A stretch of DNA of 64,000 nt from Pecten maximus (taxonomy: Eukaryota), in assembly GCF_902652985.1 (NCBI RefSeq), contig NC_047033.1, forward strand, positions 13,578,001 to 13,642,000. The letters are read 5' to 3'. Positions 51,701 through 60,700 of this stretch are shown piece after piece. Both the position numbers and the translations under genes were made by a program. Numbering within the stretch: the first letter of the stretch is position 1; each line of letters begins with the position of its first letter. The notes under the pieces were generated by a model. It saw nothing but the letters and a program-made list of their open reading frames with translations, was not told where the DNA came from and ran no database searches.

Positions 51701-54700
51701 GGCATACTTATTTATAATACATTATGTATAGTTATCTACGGAAGCGTATAGGGGACACGACATACTTATTTATAATATATTATGTATAGTTATCATATCC
51801 CGTTTTACACACATATTTACTGTTATCTTGAGATAGATATGTCGACATAACATACTTTATCTTCACATTTTACAGTTAAATAATCTAACTTATACATATA
51901 AAATCATCTATCTAGAGTAAACATATGTCGATATACATAATGTCATTATAAGTCCTTATAACACTATCTTGAATTATCCATATACTTAGTTATTTCAATA
52001 TCTAATTTGTTGTATTAGAGCCTTGTACTTTCACATTTTAACTTAATGTTTGTGTTTTTTTACAGTTTTTTTCATATCTCAAAATACTATAACTCGTGTT
52101 TGCGAAATATATCTTTCCATCCCAAGAAAATAAACAGGTAAGAATAAGTTATAACATTTGAACACGATTTATATTATCTCGAATTCTAAGTTTGAAAGTT
52201 CATGTTCGACGTAGGTGTTGTTGAGATATTAACTTATACCGGGCTACATTTAGGTAAACTTCTCGACTTGGCAAGTTAAATCTTAATTGCTTAATTGTCG
52301 TAAAACGATTTGTCTGGTTATTACAATATCTCATAATGATGTATTTCGATTTAGTACTGTTGAAGTTTTCCTCTACAAAAGCACAATAATATTAATAATA
52401 TACAAGGGCATTTGCATTGCGTTTGAAGAAGGGAGAGTTGCTACTATTGAGTGTGGACGTACAACAATAATTTTGGAATATGCTGCCACTGAAGCAGGTA
52501 AATATAATAAGCAATAATTATTATATTTTTAAAATTATCACGGCACATGATTCTGCCTTGGATAACCTCTGAAAAATCTTAGAAGTTAGAGGACCAAATT
52601 GAGACTAAACAACAGAGTTGCTGAATCATATACCGGTTTGGCCTCTCAGTTAATGGGTGAAAATGAAAAGTCGGCTAAAATAGATGGTATCATACAAAAG
52701 ACCGGCTGACTCAAGGGCAAATCTAAGACTGAGGAAAAAAGGATTTTAATGGCCGAGGGCGAAAATAACACTGGGCGAAATTTCCTTCAATTGCATTAAA
52801 TTTATTTGTATAATCGAGAACTGCTAATGAATTATTTTCCGTAATGCATATCCAATGCATAGACATTGGTATCGATTTTAATTATTCTAAATAAAGAAAA
52901 CTTACTGGAATGTTATTATAAATAATAAGAACAATAAGTGTCTTTTACCGAGATTTTGAAGTTTTCAAGAAGATCCATTGCGAAACATGTTTACACCAAT
53001 TGTTATTTGAGATAGTATTGTGGTCATTTTGTATTTTACAGATTGTACTGGTGTTGTCAATCTTCCTTGTGGTGGCAGTAAACGGCGCAGATGACCCTGA
53101 CATATTCATAAATGATGATTCAACTCTGGACGAAATGGTCACGTTTTACTTCAATGATGGTTATACGTATAATGAATCATTGGATTTCTTTTGATCCATC
53201 ATGATGTTGTTTTGAGTTGACGGCAGCTGAAAAGAATACTTCGTAGACAACGACTGCGTCGTTATAACGCAGGAGCCCCGGCTCGAGATGTCATACGGGG
53301 AATCCGAAGACTCCGGGATGCAGGTCTAATTGACGTCGGGTACAGAACGGTATGGAAACTGCTGAATACTAGGTGTGGATTGCGTTGCACAGTTAATGAC
53401 TCGACATGCACTACGACTAATTGACAATGAAGGCGTAAATAATCGCAGAAGTCACAGACTACGGAGACGGTTATACTACAATAAGGGACCGAATTTCCTG
53501 ATGCACATCGATGGATTCGATAAGCTTAAACCTTACGGTATTGCGATACATGGTTCAATCGACGGATTTTCGCGAGGAATTGTTTGGTTGAAAGCTGGTT
53601 TCACCAACAACAACCCACGATATAATGCACGATTTTATATAGATGAGGTTTTACGAACCATGACTGTTCCTAGATGTATTCGTTCTGATAACGGTACAGA
53701 AAATGTAACAATCGAAGACTTGCATAAAACTCTGCGATCACGTCATCCGGATGCAGTAGCAGGCCAGCCCGTATTTCTGAAAGGACGTTCCACAGCCATT
53801 CAAAGGATCGAAATGTTTTGGGGTTTGCTTAACAGACATGTAATACAGTTTTAGAAGTCACTTTTCAAAGACCTGAGGGATTCTGGGATACTGCAAGATA
53901 CAGACCCTATTCATATTGAGTGCGTAAGATTCTGCTTTATTGACGCAATACAGAGACAGCTAGATGTGTTTAGATACATGTGGAACAGGTACCGCATACG
54001 ACAACAGCATTTAAGTGACTGTTACTGTGGAATACCAAATGTACTGTATTTCCAACCAGAATTATGTGGTACAATTAATTATTCTCTCCCTGTTCCCTTT
54101 GAACAACAAGACGTGGAACGTGTTGCTGATATTTATACCGTCCCATTTCCAAAGTTTGACTGCAATGACGATTTTCTGCAAATTGTGGAATTACTTTCAG
54201 ATACAAATCGCGACGAGCTTGTGCAACCAAGGACGGCCAATGAAGCAATAAGAATGTTTACAGCTTCACTAGACGTTTTGAAGTAATATTGTCTCCCAAA
54301 GTCTAGACTAATGAAACTGTGGTAACGAGTGACTATTTATACATACTAGTACATGAATAAGTACAATGTCGCGATACTATTTAGTACTACAAAGTGATTA
54401 CTTGTATACATTGTGTATATTGCATTAAAATGAAACAAAATAAAGTCTGTTTCAAATGCGGTGTTGTTTTTAACATTGTGCTTTGACCATTCTGCTGAAA
54501 ATATCTTTGTTAACGCCTAATTTGAACATCTTAACAGTAGGTATAAATGTACTGCCTAATTTCACCTTTGGTTAATAATATAGAAATGAATATTTCAATA
54601 ACATTGTACATCAATGTTCGTCGCCGCTATTGACTGATCTGACGCCGATCTGACTGATCGACCTAAATTATCCTTTAAATAATCACTGAGAAAAATGAAT

Positions 54701-57700
54701 TTAAAGAAAACCGGAAATCTTTATTATACTTATCATATTATAACGACAATAAAACACACACACTTTGTCCAAAAATCACCCTGATGAAATCATTACGTTT
54801 TCTAAAAATGCATCATTGTTGCATTGTACATATCTTATAGCCGATATGCTGATGTGAATGGATACTTTTGAAGCAGAGCCCATGCACAGGGTAATAAACT
54901 GCTCAAGATGGTTAATGTTCAAAAACAATGATATGGTTAGATCATACATATTTTTTCAATATATCATTAAAGATAAAGAATACCACACTATAACACTATC
55001 GCAGGAAGGCTTTTGCACTGATATACGGGTCCGCCGGATATGTAAAACATAAACCTAAATTCATAGAATATTGATATGCTCCGATTTTCCTCAATTCTCA
55101 TTGGCTAAATCCTAGTCATGTAGATGTCGATATTTTGATATCTAAAATATTGACTTCGGGCTTCGCTCTCGGCTAATATTTTATTCTACTAGGTCGGTAT
55201 AACACCATATGGACCTCATCATAGACTTATATATCATTGCCAAACTCAATAGCTACCATGGACCTATAGTTGACATCATCATTATTACGACGTTATAATT
55301 GTAACGTTGGAGACCACATACCCTGATGGACGATGGCTGTTCCAACTGCACAATCAGAAATGATAAAAAAATAATAATGCAGTGATTTTTTATGTGATGA
55401 ACATATTGCAAAAATTGTAAATATTTGCCTTTGTTTAGTTGGCATTCATATACCCTTTAATTATAAAATATAATGAAGCCCACTTGCTAATTAAATAATA
55501 ATGAAAATATACTGAAAAATAGCAACTGGAAAGACCTGTCCGCATGGTCACACTCACTATTACCAATTCTGTCAAGTCTCTAATGAGGTTTGAATACCGA
55601 TGTTTCACTGTAATTAAATTGATATGTTGTATTGCTGGGCTCTTCATCTTATTTGGAAATTTTCTATACCATTTCGTTATTTGAAGGGATAAGATTTTGA
55701 GTATGCTCATTCCGGAAACTACAGACTTTACTCACAATTATGATCAACATGGACAGCTAACCACAAAGCTATACAATAGGTCCTAAACGTGACGATTTTG
55801 ACCTTCCGGTCGTAAATTTCCCTTTCTCGACAGCATCATTCCTGTTTCTCGATCCTAAGATATTTACATGTTGCAGTTGTTTCAGTTTTTTAAAGCTCAT
55901 TTCCTTGATATATTTCGGCTGCTGGCTAAAAATACTTGAGAGATTCTGGTTGATGAAAACTTTGGGCAAGTTTTACGGTCGCCACTTTCATCTCATCATG
56001 GAATATTCGGTCTCCTTGTTTGATTTGAAGGTGGACGTTTTATCGTTTGATTATTCATGCCCAGTGTTGTTATGTTGTTTATGCCTTGGTTCTGATTTGA
56101 AGGATGTGACCTTTACTTGAATGTGACCAAGATTTGCATGATGGATGTCGTCGACGAAGCAGTGTACGTTTTTGTTCGATTTTTGATGATGGTGGGCTAA
56201 AATGAAGGTGTTCAAATGAAGGTGTTCTATATTAACACAAAGGATGGCTATGTTTTAAGTTAGAGACTTATCTCCATAACATATACATATCAAATATCTC
56301 CGGTAAGCACATATATAGCGCATGTAACAGTTATAATACAAACTATTAAATACCCTCCCTTTGATATTTCTACTTATTAATTGTTCTAAAAATGTGTACG
56401 TTCAAGGAACACCCCAATCTCTAGTACGAATATGCATACGCTCCCTACACTATGCTCTAACGACGACCATCTGTCAGCAATCGTCCGTCCGTCGTTAGAG
56501 CAACGATATCGCAGCGACCCAATCTCACAAGGAACACAACCTTGGTTCATAACTGTATTCCATGTACATTTTGTATCTTGCATTATATTATATTTAGTTT
56601 TTTGTATACATTGTACTCAGTTACTGTATACTTCAACAGGTATAAATCGTCACCATATTAGATACAGATTAATATCAATGTATGTAATGTAAGGATAGGA
56701 TGCATGAGTTTCTCGATGTAACTGCTGAAAACTGGATATGAAAACATAACATAAGAGAATATATATCAACAAATATTCTATTTGAAAAAAAACATTAGCA
56801 TGCTTCTCAATCACAATAAGACAAGAACACCTCAAAACAATTGGAATCATACTGACCCTCGTACCCTTTAACTAAGAATAAGAGTAAAAGAAGCAATTGA
56901 GACCTGTGTCACACCTAGTGAATGTTCTAAATCAGCAGCAATAACGTTCAGCATATGTGACAACATATCAACAAGTCAAACGACATGGTTAAATGAAGCA
57001 TAAAAAGTAGGTCAAGAATATGCCTGTAACACACATTTAGACACCAAGCAAACATACCAACCAAACTGTGTACCTTAGGACGGATGGACGAGCACAAATC
57101 TACATTCCCTCAACCTTGTTGCAAGGGAAACAATATTTGGTATACAATATGAAAGAACTTACAAGGCATAATAGACCCTTCATATTACCGGGTATACACA
57201 AAACAATCAGAAAAAAAATATGCATAAATATACTCAGTAGGCTTTTTTTTTATAAACAAGCATCTGGCAGTGTAATATCACAAAACGTTTGTCATAAAAT
57301 ATCACATATTGCTTTGAGTAACCACTTGTCAATGTGCAGATATAATGACTGCAAAATATCAAAATATATTGGCTGCAAACTATGTGCAGTTTTACAGAAG
57401 GATACTTCCCACCAAACATTATTGAATTTGGCTAATCGGTTCTTTAATGTGATATAGAAAACCATTTGACCATTTACCCCTATTTAGCCCCCATGTTACG
57501 CAAATGTGAGCACAACTACCTTTTATAATACATAAATGTAATATTTTCACATGGGGATGTTTCCTCCCACATTTTGCACTATTTCAATACCCCTAGGTTT
57601 TCCCCCGTTTTGTTTACAAACTTTGAAGCCTTGTTCCTTTGGACTCTAGATGTCAATAATGAAGTCAATTGGACTGTTGGTTCATGAAAAGATTTCTCCA

Positions 57701-60700
57701 ATTTTACCCCTTTTCTCGAAGGGTCCACATCATTTTCCTTCAAATGTATCTATAGAACGCCAGGTAATCTTTTCGACATACATTACAGTACATATATTAT
57801 TCTCGCATTATTTTATGTCAAATTTTTGTGTTTGTTTAATGAATTTGACTTACGTCAACTCAACTTGTCATGATGTTGTAGAATTTCTCGAAATGTCAAA
57901 CTCGAATTGTTGATATAGTTGTTGTAAAAACGATTCCACGTTACTCGAATAGCCATATTACAAGACGATTTCTCGACATTACACATCTTGATAAAACTAA
58001 ATATGTCACGAAAACTCGATAAAAAGATTCAACTTCAGGGAAAATATATATACAAGTCGATTTCGGTAAAATTAACATAATAGATATAATGCAACAAGTC
58101 AAGATAGTGTTATAAGGACTTATAATGACATTATGTATATCGACATATGTTTACTCTAGATAGATGATTTTATATGTATAAGTTAGATTATTTAACTGTA
58201 AAATGTGAAGATAAAGTATGTTATGTCGACATATCTATCTCAAGATAACAGTAAATATGTGTGTAAAACGGGATATGATAACTATACATAATGTATCATA
58301 AATAAGTATGTCGTGTCCCCTATACGCTTCCGTACATTCTTGCAACAATACGATATTTTTTGTTGTTTATACCTGCTATATTTGTGTAACTGTTCCATGT
58401 TCTATGTCTATATGTGATCGTATGTAATTTACCTGTGTCTTGATAAAGGGGCAGATTGCCTCGAAAATTCGACAATTTACTTGTCTGTACTGTCGTTATT
58501 ACTACTTGACATATATATATATATATATATATATGCAATATGTGCGGCTGCGTCTTGCTTGTTTGATGTTATACCTAATTTGTAGATTGTACGTTGGTTT
58601 TATTTGATCTATAGTTGTTGATTTTCATATGGGGTAATAGCTGGCGATTTGTGTGGGAGATGTTTGAGGGAGTGTGTGAGTGTGGGAGTGTGTGTGAGGG
58701 TGTGTGTGTGTGGGAGATGTGTGAGGGAGTGTGTGTGAGGGAGTGTGTGAGGGAGTGTGTGTGAGGGAGTGTGTGTGTGGGATTGTGTGTGAGGGAATGT
58801 GTGTGTGGGAGATGTGTGAGGAAGTGTGTGTGGGTATAGAAATATCTGATGAGCATTTATTTACGCGCTATACACCTATATAGTATTGCATCATAGGATA
58901 ATGATGATCGGTGTTTTAAGAAGCATTGCTGTTTGGCTTTTAGGAACAAAAGTTGTTGTTGTTTTTTATAGTTGTACTATTTTGGTATGTAATGTTTCAT
59001 GTGTTGTCTGTCATTTCATATCGAAAGTTGATTAGATTTCAGCTGTTGTTTGTTCGACTCGCCAATTCGCAAAAACAAAATCGCTTTTTAAAAAATCTCC
59101 ACTAGTCAATACTAATCTTAACGCATATTTTACAGGTGTTAGGCATGACTGCTTCCCTACAACTACAACTACCTCTACCACCACCTCCACTACCACCACC
59201 ACTACCACCACCACCACCACCACCACTTCCACTCCTAGTACAACTGATTTCACTACTACTGACACCACTAGTACAAATGCTTTCACTACTTCTGACAATC
59301 CTGGTACAAATGCTTTCACTACTTCTGACACCCCAAGTACAAATGCTTTCACTACTTCTGACACCCCTGGTACAACTGCTTTCACTACTTCTGACACCCC
59401 TGGTACAAATGCTTTCACTACTTCTGACACCCCTAGTACAAATGCTTTCACTACTTCTGACACCCCTAGTACAAATGCTTTCACTACTTCTGACACCCCT
59501 GGTACAAATGCTTTCACTACTTCTGACACCACTAGTACAAATGCTTTCACTACTTCTGACACCCCTAGTACAAATGCTTTCACTACTTCTGACACCCCTA
59601 GTACAAATGCTTTCACTACTTCTGACACCCCTGGTACAAATGCTTTCACTACTTCTGACACCACTAGTACAACCGCTACCACCACAACTGACATTCCTAA
59701 AACTACCACTACCATTCCTACAACCTCAACCTCCTCCACTCTCACTGAATATCTATCAACAAGCGAGTCACCGACCACTAGTACCGCCATCGCCACCACT
59801 TCTACTGTCACTACAACTGAATCTCCACAAACAACCGTAACAGAGTCAGCAACGACAATGGAGGCAAATGAAACAACTACTACCAATGCATCGACAAACG
59901 CAACCGGTAAATAAGGTCGAAACGGGAATACAATGTCTTCTGAATCCCAGTGTCTGTCACGATTTTTAACATGCTAAGTAGTAAGCGTTTTGATCAGAAC
60001 ATCATAACTTTTAAGTGTTTGGGTTTTGAATTCACCAGCCGTTGATATTTTGTTACAAATATCCTAAAGTGTTTATCATCAGTTGGAGATTAGTATTATG
60101 CCTTGTACAATGTGGTTATCTATGGTAGGTTTTATACCTCCTAATTTCGTGGATGTTATATTTAATATATCCTTATTTGTTTTAAGATATGATTTTAGAG
60201 ATATTACTTTTCATGTTTGATTTCAGACATCGTAAGTCGGTGGTGTTAGGCTTCAAACATACTAATTTGTCGAAATTCCTTAACATCCTCCAATATATCA
60301 AATTGTTCCTCTCTTGACGTACCTTCTCTGAACTGTTAGTTATTTAACAAACTTCATACGGACGAATAGGAAAAGCCATTTTCTTAGGTCAGACTTAAGA
60401 TTTGACCATTCTGTCTGGGTTGCTATCTTTTTAACAGATAACGTGATTTCTTTAAATTTAACACTCGAAACCATGGTTACGCAACCAACTTTTAATATAT
60501 CTTATTATGCACAAAGCAAGGAGTAAAGAGTGCTCAATTTCGTTAGGAAATTTCCCAATGATGAACATTTGCAAGTACATTTTATATGCTAAACGTCCTT
60601 ACAGTATTTCGATATGTAAAATAACATTGGCTGCTCATTGGAAAATATATCCCAGCAAACAAATTTATCTTAGATTGATGCAAGATGCAAGATGCAAGAA

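Larger units (their letters stand above)
43772..58334. mobile_element. Composite nest of IS3EU-like DNA transposons
   Basis: Outermost ends TACGGAAGCG...CGCTTCCGTA are flanked by the 6-bp TSD CATTCT (43766-71 and 58335-40). TAY..RTA ends with 6-bp TSDs are, as I recall, the described IS3EU signature. Confidence 0.85.
51737..58334 (+). mobile_element. IS3EU-like copy 2 (inverted relative to copy 1; probably chimeric with the recipient element)
   Basis: 51737-55710 is the reverse complement of 46884-51688 minus the LTR. 57741-58334 is the reverse complement of 43788-44382. Confidence 0.85.

Noticed and set aside
56870-57735. Fragments reminiscent of bivalve Helitron/Helentron-associated repeats
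   Set aside because: The resemblance is from memory only and too degenerate to delimit or support without a library search.
43788-58334. A single foldback or Polinton-like giant element with 600-bp TIRs
   Set aside because: Internal termini and the separate TATAGG and CATTCT TSDs show nested copies. There are no polymerase, ATPase or capsid genes.
59032-59886. 284-aa minus-strand Val-rich ORF and 234-aa plus-strand Leu/Pro-rich ORF
   Set aside because: These are shadow frames of the Thr-rich mucin exon, whose frame is fixed by splice phases.
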